64,000 nucleotides of DNA from Tubulanus polymorphus (Eukaryota; Animalia; Nemertea): assembly GCF_964204645.1 (NCBI RefSeq), contig NC_134031.1, positions 20,281,910 through 20,345,909 on the forward strand, written 5' to 3'. A program made the translations under genes and the position numbers. Below the pieces are notes generated by a model. That model did not search any database, was not told the DNA's origin, and saw only the letters and a program-made list of their open reading frames with translations. Below, piece by piece: positions 50,907 to 64,000 of the stretch (positions within the stretch are counted from its first letter, which is position 1; every line of letters begins with the position of its first letter).

Positions 50907-53900
50907 AGCTAGGCCACCCGGAATGCTCTCAAGTCAGGTTGAAATAGACATTAGATCATAGCCATGGGCTGAATTTGACTCTGGTCCGGGTCCATTTGGC
51001 ACCCGTATGAACAGTCGTTCCGGGCCTTCATTCAGCACGAGCTGATGCGATCATATATACCGGGGTAGGATAGTATACCATTCATAAATTAGATCGGAAA
51101 TATATTTCAACAAATAAACCAAATCTCTGAATTGATCGGATCCGACTCGAGTGGAGCCTTAACTGTATAAAAGATAGATTCACGCTCGATCGTTTCTTCA
51201 ATTGTCGATTCGTATCTCGTGTGAAGAGAGAAAGAGCTGTTTCAGCGGGTATAGAGCCCTTTACCGTTGAAACCACTCGAGGGACAAGACTTCGAATCGT
51301 CGCGATCGTCGTCTGTGCAGCCGTATATGAAAAACCAATAAACAGGCTTAAACGGTAAAACTGCACCGGTGTTTCTTCACTCATCAGTTCTCATAACCGG
51401 TTAGCGATGCAATTTAGGATATCGACAAAATTTCATAAACATCGGTTTCATCGGTTTTTACTTTCGAGTACCGTTGAACTATTTCCGTGGAAATTTGTTA
51501 TTGACAAAAGTTTTAAGAATAGAAACTTTGCTCATTAGAAGCCTTACGCGCAGAGGTTTCATCTTAGATTTCTTCAACAATCTATCCTGAACTGTTTTAT
51601 TCAAACAATTTGGGGTGGAGCGAGGATTTTAGAGGAGGTAATGCTTCCTTGTACGCATACAATACACTACAACCTAAATCAGCAGGAAGGATGGTTGTTT
51701 CTGCTCAACTCAGAAAAACGATCAACTCAGATGCTTAATGTTAAAATATTCTTTAATGAATCGAATTATATGCCATATAACTCGGATATCGCTGTCAAGT
51801 CGGACAAATTTCTAGGAAAAAAGTCCAACTAAACAAAGATTAAACAGTAGCCAAAAAGTTGTGGTTCAGTGAAAATATGTTTATCGCCGATATCAACACT
51901 TAAAATATAGACTCTGAGATAATTACTAACTAAATTTATAAAAAGATCTCATTCGCCATACAACACAAAAAATAATGAATCATCAAGAATTTGTTGAAAC
52001 AGCGTTTGAAAATTGCTTAACATAAAAAAATTCATCAATTTCAACAACGCCTTTAGTTACGGAGAAAAATGTGAACGGTGATTTAACACGGTGAACAAAC
52101 AAATCTATAATGATTAACCTGCATCGAAACAGAGACAGAGAAATGAACATTTCATTCGCCTCATAGATTTCACAAACGACGAAACTGCACGAAAAGAAAG
52201 TGTTTTGATTGAAAACCGTTTTTCGAAAGATTTAATTGAATCCTGCGTCTGCAACTTGTGTCAACGCGAAACGAGCCGAGCATCTACATCAAAAACACAC
52301 ACGACATTCAAACGGAAATCAGATGAAACATGTTTACATTCGTCGTCGTCGACTACGACAACACCTTCCACTGAATACTAACTACATCTATGAACATTTT
52401 TCCACCGGGATCGTAAATCGGGTATCTCCAAAAATACAGAATGAATTTTGGTGTCTTCGATAGTGAAAAAGGATTCTGAGTTTGCGTGATCGCGACTTTA
52501 ATGAGGCCCCATAAAGTCCACCAGGCCTGGATTGTTTAATCTAGATTCTTCTAGTGTAGATGCCAGTCTAGAGCCTGATTTAAACCTTTAAATGTTGCCA
52601 TAACCCAATCAACCTTAATTCCATGTATTCGCTAATCTAAATAGATATCAATTCAGATGTCATAAATGAATAAACTTCAAATGCACTCGCACCATGCCCA
52701 ATGCACATTTTCCCGATTGTTACTGAAACCACCAATGGCCAGCCAGGTCAAATGGCAAAAACCAAGCACTGGAAAAGATGGTAAATTTTGCCACATCCTG
52801 CGACTGTAGATGATACAGGAATTGTTTGATATTTTGATGGTTCATTCGCTGAAAAGGTTTGGAACTGAAGAAGTCGTCATTGGAAAAACCAGGCCTGCAA
52901 AATGCGGACAAATTTTGAAGATGACTGTATTTATTATGCGGACAAATTTTGAAGATGACTGTATTTATTAGGTTATAGTTGAAACGTTGAATCAATTAAT
53001 CATTAGCTTTAAGGAAACTTTTCCGACTTCATCTTTATCACTGCGGGATTCTCTTCATAAAAACTGGAAAAGTTTTCATTTGAACTTGGCATAATCTTTA
53101 CCGATGAAAGCTTGAACTGAACACACTTCCTAATCGTATTTCAGTAAAAATAAGTAGCGCAAATAAATGAAAATCTCCATCAAAGAAATGAAAATCTTCA
53201 TCAAATATTGAAAAATTTGATTGAAACATTTTCTGAAAGCACACGAAAAAAGGTCTGATCAAATAAAGAGAAACTAATACTATACAATATTAATAGACTA
53301 AGTTGATTTCACTTTCACCTGCTAATCAAATTTCTCACTGTTCGCCTGTTCATCCCGACAGTGTCAGTCGGATTATGAAATCCAGGCTTGCTCAAAGTGC
53401 TGTTAGTGCGAGGAGGTGAACAGGTGAACGGCATATCGTATAATACTGATCTGATCGGAACAGGTCATACCGTGGGATACCGTATCGACGGGTAATACCG
53501 TATCAACGGGTGATACCGTATCAACGTAGGATACATTGTGTAATTAACTGCCATGTATATAAAACGCCTTTCGATAATGATTTTTTTTTAGAGTGCGTTG
53601 ATTTTTGTGTTCGGGGCCTGTTACACTTTTAGACTTCGGGATCAACTGCCGAAACTTAGAATTAAAGAACAATTTTTGACTCGGGTTTTGAGTATGTGTT
53701 TGGTAAGGGTTAGTTTAGCTGAAGTTGCCTCCAAAAAATATACTTGAATTTTTTTCGGCCTTTGGACATTGGTACCGGTCACCGTGATCGGCGGAGTCTA
53801 TGATATCTAGAATGCTAAAGTCATACATATGTAATCTAGGGGGCAGTGTCCTGAAAAGGATTAACTCAGTAATTGATTTAAAATGAGTCGAAAATTTGAT

Positions 53901-55589
53901 TTATAGTCACCAAAATTCACTAGATAGAACTGACTGCGAATGATTGTACATCTTCAAGACCAAGCTCATGAGTCATTAAGAACTATCATTTCCTCCAATA
54001 TTTCATAAACGAATACAGCCAATCTCAGTCATCACATTACTCATTACTTAAGTCCTTACTAGTTTTTAGTCCCAATGTGTATAATGTATATGCGTATTTA
54101 TCATATTTCATAATCTGAAGCTAAGCATGTAACTGTGTACGTATCTAAAAACGCTGCGAGTCATAAGCCACTTCGACTAGGAGCGATATCAAAATGGCCG
54201 CCTCGTAGTTAATTGAAATCCTAGCCAAAATCGTCTCGCGCGATTGATTGAAAGTATACGGCATCAAAGTGCGGAGAATGCGCCTTATCATCTTTCCATT
54301 TTTTCATTGATAGAAATCTGATGCCAAAAACTGATTAAGAAATATGTGATGAGGAACATCTCACGAAATGTTGTATGGTAAAGGAATCTGAGAAATATTC
54401 TTAACTTTGCGAGGAGTAACCGGAGAAGAATTGATATCAATATCATAAAAAGATGAAAAGTGTTTTTCACAAGAGTCTTGGCTTTACATTAGACATCCAT
54501 GAACTTATATTTTTCATTGCATGGGGAGGAATGGGAGTAACTGTCAGGGTAGCGTATGATTAGGGGAAGGTGGGTGAAGATTCAGGATATAAAGGGTAAA
54601 AATAGTGGTATATTTAGGAGTAAGGATATGTGTAAGTGTAGGATTAAGGTAGGATAAGGACTGCTATATTGTTGTAAGTAGGATTAGGGTAAGCATCCGA
54701 TTTTGAGCAGGGCAGGGAAACATCTGGAAAGCTCAGACAAAAATTTTAGACAGATGAGACAAACTTATGGACAGATGAAATCAGCTTTTAGATGGATCAG
54801 ATGAACTTTTGCACCATTCAGATGATATGGACCTTTGACGGGTAAGATGAACGTTGAGATGGACAAGATGAAATTTTAGAAAGACAAGATGGTTTCAATC
54901 TGTAGAAGTTAATATTTGCAGACAGGTGAACACTGTAAATACTGAAGCATGATTTGTGATTGTTTCTTTCGTGAGGTCATAATTGTAACTGCTGTTATTG
55001 ATGGTCAGTGAGGGATAAAGATGAAATTATAGCTGTGAGACGAGGAACGGAACTCTCGGTCAGTCGAGACATAAAACTCAATTAGCCGAGTAATTACCAC
55101 GGGCGCGTAGCTGTAAAACACAGCACCCGTGATCAATAGCCCGCAACAGTGACAGATGGAATAGTTGCAGCTACTGGGAACATGTCCGCCAGCTAATTCC
55201 CTACTTAGACGAGTTAATAGTTACCAATACTTCACATTTACCTGTGACATATAACGACGACCTATCGACCGTCGCCTATCAACTTCACTAGTCGACTGAT
55301 AGCGTCGAGCACACGGAGGTACCATCCATCTCACACTTTGCGTCGTTGTTTGCGTGCCGATACTAGAACTTATTTTCTAATATCTGTCGCTCGTTTGCCC
55401 CATTTGAACTTTAGTTGATATCGAATATGACAGTCTAGTCAGACAATCTAGGCAGATCCAATATAGATAAGGTGTTTATCATGAGCTTGGCAAATTTCAT
55501 GTCATATATTCAGGGCGCTGGTTTTTGTTATATACTAGAAGTGGTAATGGAGTGTAATCAAAAAGATTCTGTGATATAGAAATTTCATC

Positions 55590-55935
55590 TAAGATGAACT
55601 TTTGAACAGAAGAGATGAACTTCTGGATGAATGAGATGAACTTCAGAATGAATAAGGTGAACTCGTGAACAGAAGGGATCTTGTTAACAGAAGAGGTGAA
55701 CTTCAGGATGGATGCAGTGAACTTCAGGACAGATTAGATGAACTTGTTAACAGAAGAGATGAACTTCAGGACAGATGAGATGAACTTCAGGATGGATGAG
55801 ATGAACTTGTTGATAGAAGAGGTGAACTTCAGGATGGATGAGATGAACTTGTTAACAGAAGAGGTGAGCTTCAGGGTGGATGAGATGAACTTGTTAACAG
55901 AAGAGGTGAGCTTTAGGGTGGATGAGATGAACTTT
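55590..55935. repeat. 21-bp minisatellite (GATGAACTTCAGGATGGATGA variants); diverged relative at 54740-54890
   Basis: Tandem units, which explain the spurious ORF 55738-55995. Confidence 0.9.
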
Positions 55936-57909
55936 CAGAGCCAAAAATCCTACAGCGATGAAGTGTCAATGCAGCTTTTCATTTCCCTTAAGTAAATTTT
56001 GCCATTGTAGCGTTAAGTACCGTAGTTGTTCCATTATTTGTCAATGCCTTGAATATCATTGACAGCGAAAATGATACACGTTAACAGGCTGATAAGTTTG
56101 TTTGACTAACACGTGATCAGTTCATCATTAATTTATTAAAAATGTGCTGTGCGTGTTACCCACACGAGAATCTTTCTCGCCGCGAATAATTTACGGAGAA
56201 CATGAGAGATCTCGAGTTTAGATATACGAGTCCCCTGGAATTCTACGGCTTATTATCGAGAGTCGTCTACGCAATTTATCGGCTGTCAACTGTCGCCATA
56301 TAAATTCTTCAATAAGCGGTAATTATACAGAATTTTATCAGTCGCGGAGCACGCACACCCACAGCGGTGACTCGACGTTACTCCCAGACATCAAGATTTA
56401 GACAGTTTGAGAATCTCATGAAAGTTTAACAAGGACAATCTTTTGCATGGTTTAGTTGGTCTTCATTTTTCTGGCTGGAGTTGATGCTAAATAAAGGGGT
56501 TTTGCTAATAACCGATGAACTTGGAACCGACTCCGACAAAGAATGCGAACACCTGAAAGTGTGGTAACGGTTATGATAATGAAAACAAGTAAAGTTCTGT
56601 ATTAAACAGATTAATGACAGGTGTCATCGTACATTTCAGATTTTGTCGCACACATTCGATCATGTGATCAGACCAATTACCCGTGCATTACCATGGTAAC
56701 GAACAAAACTAATTACAACCATTTTCGGTCGTGGTTGTTTATTGTTCGGCAATAATTGATGTATATGACATTATAGATCAAAAGTCCGTGTGCTGCTGGG
56801 ATGAACTGTGCTGATTCGATTAGACACATATCAGATGAGATATGTGAACAAGGGATTCTTAGAAGTGAGTGTACCTTCAAATTGAACAGGGCTTTTAATT
56901 TGAAAAGGGCAGATTTGGTATTGCGACGGCTGCCAGCAAAGCACTGATGGGGGTTTCGGTGGCCCTACCACAGAGAACTGGAAAAGGACCTTTCTGGCCA
57001 TTAATAGAGCATATCTAAATTTTTTGTCTTCTTAAAATCTTTGCAAAAAATATTTTCCAGATGTTTTGAATTTTGAAAGGGTGGGTGGGTGGACCAATCT
57101 GCCCTTGTTGAAGCTATCATTGGAACCAGCAAACGCTTATGAATTTTCCAGGGTATTTATTCCATAATAGTATTGACGCTTACATGTAAGCGAGTGGGCA
57201 TCCTGTTTGACTGTGAAACGATCACCCCCGTTTATACCTAATAAATGCGTGAACTCCTTACATCGGTGAGGTTTCTTCCACTCCCCGCGATCAAAGATAT
57301 GCGAAGAACGTTTGAAATTTGAAGAGCGTTTTTTCTCCCTGGCGCGCGTTAGATAAATTAGAGAGAGAAGAACGATGTACGTAATTTCGCAGCGGTCGCC
57401 GCTCGTTATAGTTCGCCTACGGTTTGTAATCAGTCTAATTAACGTATGATGTAGTCATCGTCCTCATCATCGCCCTCATCATCATCATTATCATCATCAT
57501 CATTATCATCATGTGAAGCTGTTTTAACCGGCGGCTATTTCAATTTTTAGCTCTGCGACGACGATGATGAAATGAAAGACGCGCCCGGTAACATACGATA
57601 CTCGACACGCGCACAACGCAACGGAAATTTCTCCATTAATTAGAACGTAAAAGACGGTTTAATTCGAGTGGTTTTTCTGAAAAGCCGACGATGTTGAGAA
57701 ATCGTTTGATGTGTGTACGCTACACGGAGCACTGCAGAGCGTCTAGCGATTACTTATGACTGTTCAATGGTTGAATGAATAGTCAAAAGTCTGATGTGGA
57801 GCTCAACTTGCTTCTTACAATCATTCAAAGGTTGCATCAGTTGCTAAACGATTACTACAACTGTTGATTGGTTATACTAGTAGCTCAAAGTTGAAATCAA
57901 AATGCCGGG

Positions 57910-58275
57910 GAGGGTGGAGGGGGTATTAAGGGTGGAGGGGGTATTGAGGGTGGAGGGGGTATTGAGGGTGGAGGGGGTATAGAGGGTTGAGGGGATATTG
58001 AGGGTTGAGGGGGTATTGATGGTGGAGGGGGTATTGATGGTGGAGGGGGTATTGAGGGTGGAGGGGGTATTGAGGGTGGAGGGGGTATTGAGGGTGGAGG
58101 GGGTATTGAGGGTGGAGGGGGTATTGAGGGTGGAGGGGGTATTGAGGGTGGAGGGGGTATTGAGGGTGGAGGGGGTATTGAGGGTGGAGGGGGTATTGAG
58201 GGTGGAGGGGGTATTGAGGGTGGAGGGGGTATTGAGGGTGGAGGGGGTATCGAGGGTGGAGGGGGTATTGAGGGG
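57910..58275. repeat. 18-bp G-rich minisatellite (GAGGGTGGAGGGGGTATT)n, ~20 copies
   Basis: Direct reading. It explains three repetitive ORFs. Confidence 0.95.
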
Positions 58276-60079
58276 CAAGGAATGATAGAGCGAAAGGTTA
58301 GGTAGAAGATGAAAAGTTCGATAAAGTCAGAACGTCTTTTCGCCATGATACGATAAATGAACGTAACTTGTCCAGAGAGGAACTCACAATTGTTTGTATG
58401 AATATCTCATGTTTAGAACTGACTGAATAATGTTATATTCTGCGTGAGACTGAAAGTTGTTTACTGTTTATTTGTTGAATGACATTTTAGGAAGTTGCTC
58501 ACAACTTTTACTTGATTAATGAGATAAAATAGTTTGATTTTCTCGTCTTAAAGCAACTTAAATGTGGCTACAATACATGAAGAAATTCGCCTAGTTTGTC
58601 ACAAGCTTTAACAAAAAAATATTGTCTCATTGCTTCCATTGTATTGAAAATGTTTGAAAATGTATTGAAAAGTTTTTACGATGGTTTGAACAGCATATCA
58701 TGAATCGAGATTAAAATCCAAACCGTACCTCGACAGAAATGAAAACATGGAGAAAAAATATCGAATTCAAAATCCACTTTAATACCGCGCGATAAGCAAT
58801 CAAAAACTTCTCATGCACCGACGATGTCATTCTCGATTCTTCAATTACTTCGAAACAGCGAGTTGCGCATCAAATTTCCACGCTTCGCTTTCGGCTAAAA
58901 CTGAGAGCGAACTGAGAGTGTTACGTTATTTTCATCATAATCATCGACTCAGCTGCCTTGAAACATTCCAACAATTACTAATCTGAGTCTCGATAAAGTC
59001 ACCTTCCCCCTCCCCGCACACTAGTGTAATGTAAGTATGCATGCGTAGAATTCACCTGGTGTGTGGGTCAAAGTTTTAAGCGCATTTGTCACTTGCATCA
59101 TTGAAGCTGATATCTAATATGTTTGATTTTTTTGTCACCGAGTTCATAGGATTTAGTTTGTCCACTACATAATAAATGATTGATTGATCACATGACAGGT
59201 GCAGTATAGTGAAACTGCATATTTGTTGCTAGTGTGCAGTTTTTGGCATCAATAGTGATGATAAACTTCCATGGTATACTCTTGTCGCCAGTGTGCAGCG
59301 GGCTCTACATTCAAGCAACTAACTGCAAGCAGCCAGTTCCTCTTGCATCTAATTCATCTTCAGAGATGTATGCAAGGCCTTACTGATCCCAGAAAATGGC
59401 AGCAATGTCTCGTTGTTCGTTTAGGACCTGTTATTTGGGTGCGGTATCGTCGCGCTCACTGATCTGAAGAAAGCATAGTCTGATTACGCAAATAATCTAA
59501 TTTCGACTTGATGAGCGCTCTTCGGTAGACAATGAACGGGCCCCATGGCAACCGGCGAAAAGCTAATTAATGCCTTAGAAAAATCATTTTTCCGCCGACA
59601 TTTCGTCAGGAAATTTAAGGTCGGCCTTTTTCTCCCGGCGTGTGACATCAAACGTAGTTGCAGGAACAAAACAGGTTTTTTTCGCGCTAGTAGATGAAGA
59701 ATTTAAATGTGAAAAAAATCGGCATTCATTCGTCCATATCCATTCAGAAACACTTATTTCCGAGAGTGTAATGGATGCTAAATTAACATTTTAAACTTAC
59801 TACTACCTTGAGACTCAATGATTTAAACTTTATGAGTATCGATACTATCAAGCGCTGTAATTAAGGGCCATTACACATTATTTAGTTTAGCTGGCGTCAC
59901 AATTTAGGATGACTGTGCTACAGTAAACCATGTGTTAATGCAAATGAAAAAACACTCAAGGAAAATGTTGGTTCTCCAGCTTCCGTTGCGAGAGGCTCAG
60001 GTTTTTCTTAAGTCATATCTATTTATTGTAGTTAACCGAAAAGTTCCCAATTACAAGTCTCCAGGCATTTATCTACCAG

Positions 60080-60188
60080 GGGCCGGTTTAACAGACTGGT
60101 ATTACCTTTAACCCTGGGGCTAATCCAGTTGAAAATCAATTGAGTTAGCCCACGGGTCAAAGTTGATACCAGTTTATAAAACTGGCCC
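60080..60188. mobile_element. Palindromic MITE, family B
   Basis: GGGCCGGTTT...AAACTGGCCC flanked by a CAG/CAG TSD. Confidence 0.75.
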
Positions 60189-62011
60189 CAGGGGCTTAAA
60201 TCTCGGCTATGGAACTGGCCCCAGTTAACTTGAAACAATTTTTTTATCAACTAGGACCAATTTGTTCAGCTCTACCCCAGAACCAAAATGAGTTCTACTA
60301 AACTCTACAATTGAATTCTAAAAATCTTGAATTTCTGATTTTAAAATTCTTATTCATAGTCAAGTATTTGTAGTCATCTATCGCCAAGACTTTGATCCAA
60401 AGAATGGTGGCCGACTGTATTGCATTGAGAGCTGACTGCATTGCATAAATAGGAAAGTAAACAGGTCTTTTAGATGTCATATCAGTTTTGTAACCACTTA
60501 GTATTGAAAGTGTCATATAATATTATTAGTATTGCATAAATAGGAAAGTAAACAGATTTTTAAATGTCGCATCTGTTTTGTAACTATTCTCTATTGTTAT
60601 ACGGATCGTAATTGTAATACCCCCAATAAGAACGATGATGAAAACTTGAATCTATATCCATCTCTTAGCGAGGTATTTTCCGCAATCTATCAAGAAGCAA
60701 TCATTCTCGCGACTAGCCGCGATCCACGTCGACCACGCAGCCACCAGTGCCGCCGCCACAAATCATCTACAACTATCCATTCATAGGTTAATGAAAGCTT
60801 AAAAAAACAAGTCATCCGTCAACTGCGGTAGACATCTGAACATCTAACCGATAGATACCGACTTCATCATCAGAAACGGTAAACGGTACAGTGTTCAATT
60901 TCGCGAGGAATTTTCACGAGGATGACAATATATATCTATACGACCAGATGGATGGCAATCATCTCGCAAAACGCATATTCTCACGCGGGATCCGATCGTA
61001 CTGTTGGAAAAAAATGACAAAAAAAACCAATAAACCAAGTTATCGCGTAAATGACTACTGATATCATCAATGACCAGCTATTTATTTACATCGCGATATA
61101 TATTGACGCAACTCAGGAAAGGGAAATAATGATCTAAAGATGATGATGATATAATTAGAACTGCTACTACATAAAAGGCTTATTATTATATCAACTTCTT
61201 TAAGACTTTACAGAACGGCCACGTTGCTAGTTGTGACTTCGGTCTGAAAAATTGTCATAAAATCCAAGTCGTTCGAAGACATTCTGAAGCTTTGGAGCGT
61301 GCAAATGCCAACTTTGATACAAAATGTGACATCCTCCAAACTCAAGGGCACTTCATAAACTTAAACCATTTTTTCATGCAATAGGTGCTTAGGTGCATGC
61401 GTCCTGCAGTACTGCAATAGATGTCGTATTCTTTTGAAAGAGCTTAATACGTATGATTTTCAAATTATCTCCAGCGCTGAAAGGGTTATCAGACATGACT
61501 GTATGCTTGGCACAAAAATACTAAAGCATGTAGGATGAATTAGGATTAGCTATTTCACCTATTTTTGCGATGACTGTACCATCTTTACTCTTTACCTCAT
61601 CTACTATGCATTGATCTCACGTATTCTTATCAGGATATCTTTCCCATTCGGTGGCGACTGTATATAATGTTGTGTCAACAACTCCTGCGATACCTCAGAT
61701 ACCTCAGATACAACGTTCCGACGCTTTTATTACAGAGAGAAACTGATCAGATTGTGTGTTGACATAAGCATCATGTTCTTCCCTGGTGTGAAGATCTTTT
61801 ACGGAGCAATTGACAAATATAGCCGATTCGAGGGAAAGGTATCATTTCAGAACCACCGGGTCTTCTGATATCTGTCTTCTGACTCCAGTAAATGTCTATC
61901 TACGAGATCAGGGATGTGGGAGAATCACTCCGGCTTAGGTTCACACTGAGATATAGCTTAGCATGTTCCTTGCCAGATTCAAGATTTCTCAATATCCACT
62001 CAGTTGACATA

Positions 62012-62340
62012 CAGGGTGTCCCATTAAAAACATCACAGACATTTGATTAGTTCTAATTAATAAACAGAGAAATATTATACAATCAATTTGGTCTAGAATG
62101 AATCCAATTGATGTTAACTTCATACCATTAAAATTTCATGGTAAATCACTGAATTCAAGAGCCAATGTCCGATTTGTCACTTCTTGGATGTCTGGTTCTG
62201 TGGTCTTTATGCATAATTGATTTTCCATTAAAGATTAATGGTATGAAGCAAACATCTGATGGCATCATTCTAGAACAAATTCATCAAATTAGATTACTCT
62301 GTTTATTAATTAGAACTAATTAAATCCGAGTAACACTCTG
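62012..62340. mobile_element. Tc1/mariner-type MITE with long TIRs
   Basis: TA-CAGGGTGT...ACACTCTG-TA, with ~130-bp imperfect inverted arms (TTAGTTCTAATTAATAAACAGAG / CTCTGTTTATTAATTAGAACTAA). Confidence 0.75.
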
Positions 62341-64000
62341 TACACAGACTTTTCAAAAGAATGAAATTTCTCTGAATTGAAATCGCGGTTCAACTCATAT
62401 TTGTTACATGGACTTTTATATGTGTTATTTATTAGAGAGACATCATTTTGAAAGCTATCATGAAACCAGCGACACAAAATGTCCGACTTCACGATTCGTT
62501 CAAAGATGTTTTAACAAGTAGACACAGACAGCCGATACTTGAAGGATGAGAAATATCATTTCGAAAACTACCAGACATCTGAAACTGGTAATGATAACCA
62601 TTCCTAACGCCTAAACGTGATCTTAATTTTGAAAGCGGATGCGTTTAACTGTGAGACACAGAAGAGACACTTAGTGTCGTAGGATGATACAGATCATATA
62701 CACACGTATAACATGAGTGAGTTTCAGCTGTAAAAGCATGTAAAACATGAATATATCATGACTGCTGATACAACAACCTCAAATTCAAAACAAAGTAAAC
62801 AATTCGGTGAAGGATATCGCTAAGCCACTTTATAGATCGACCGGTGGCCAACGGCACGGTGACCACAATTTCATAAGATTTAAAGATTGAAGCTTTGCTG
62901 TGAAGGTTGCCAATTTCGCCCAAAGCCAAATCATTGCGCCCGTAAGAATGCTGACTGGTTCCGGAAGTGACTTGCTTCACTCGTCACTGCATTGTTTAGT
63001 ATCGAATGAGTGGTTTACGTGTGAACGCTCTCTCTCTCTAACTTGGCACGGGTCAAATTTGACTCAGGTCCAACCCGGTTCAAATCATCTTTCACTGTGA
63101 TTGCAGCTTAAGAATTCTTCTATTCACGAGTTACGTTGCCTTCAGAAATTGCTCTTTTTCTCGCTCTGCGTTAAAAATGCTGTGCGTTAAAAATGCTGTC
63201 ATTTGCAATCGTCGACAGACTTTTTTTCGTTGTTTCTTGTGACTGTTGTGTTATTTAACCTGACACTGTTGCGAATGAACAACTAAAAGGAAAATAAAAA
63301 CATCATCGAAGCTGCTATTATTCTTGCGCCGAGTGAAGCATAAGTGCCGATAGCTGAGATGCGGGAAAAAAAAGATGTTACCTCCAGTTCAAAAAAGAAA
63401 ACCATTGAAATCTTTTCGAGACACTCAATTTGAAAGATACGATTGTAATGGACAGGTTAAGAAAAGTCTCATATCATTTTGGTGGCTCATTTTTGGAAAT
63501 AATTGCCAATATTCAGGTCTGAGAGTAGAAAAAATTCATTTCAAAAGTTAGGGATATTAGAGGGATCATTGCTGTTACCATTGTTGGATTGAATTTTGAA
63601 AGTTGCCTTTTCAACTTCTCCACTTGGAAGTTCAATTCTTCCATTGTTGCAATAGTCTTTTGAATACAATTCCCGGATTGCCACATTAGCTATGTAAATA
63701 TCCCTGATAATTCCTCAATTGCCGCAGTAGCCTTGTAAATATTACTGTATCATCTCATGATTTTTCTGATACAGATTTATGGATATTGGCCGATCACATG
63801 TTATACGAATGACTATCGAAGCAATCCGATTACGGATGGAGTATGATTGATAATTTGAGGGGAGCGAATGGGGTTAAAGCGATGCCGGCACTGGCGCACG
63901 CTCGTGAAATGGTACGTTCATGTTCTGATTAATTCGCCATCAACGAATAAACATCGAACCCGAAGAGTGTCATTAACGGTAATTCCGGAGAGTCAATGTT

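Noticed and set aside
55738-55995. Coiled-coil-like 85-aa ORF
   Set aside because: It is a translation of a 21-bp minisatellite.
57877-58346. Pro-rich and other repetitive ORFs (SIPPPP, TPSTLN, RVEGVL)
   Set aside because: These are artefacts of a stop-free 18-bp minisatellite, with no splice or codon support.

Overview
This is an AT-rich, intron-containing animal genomic window, most likely from a marine invertebrate. It is not prokaryotic, and no CRISPR array or rRNA was found. The left half (1-37 kb) is gene-dense. It holds (1) a multi-exon centrosomin/CDK5RAP2/myomegalin-family gene on the minus strand that runs off the left edge, and (2) a head-to-head SLC16/MCT-type MFS transporter. 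It also holds (3) an unusual protein of about 1,100 aa, with a long disordered RPxSA-rich region and a C-terminal gamma-glutamylcyclotransferase (GGCT)-fold domain lacking the catalytic Glu, and (4) the 3' half only of a mitochondrial aspartyl-tRNA synthetase (DARS2), which appears broken mid-exon at about 36.84 kb. The right half (37-64 kb) holds two single-coding-exon rhodopsin-class GPCRs, a decayed 3.3-kb TIR transposon with RecQ-like remnants (Academ-like), a pseudo-exon, many MITEs, SINEs and minisatellites, and gene-poor non-coding DNA. Two minimal hammerhead-ribozyme motifs of the Penelope-like type, and a TSD-flanked palindrome with an expanded minisatellite core related to one of them, are the most notable non-coding structures. 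All gene models were spliced by eye and no searches were run.
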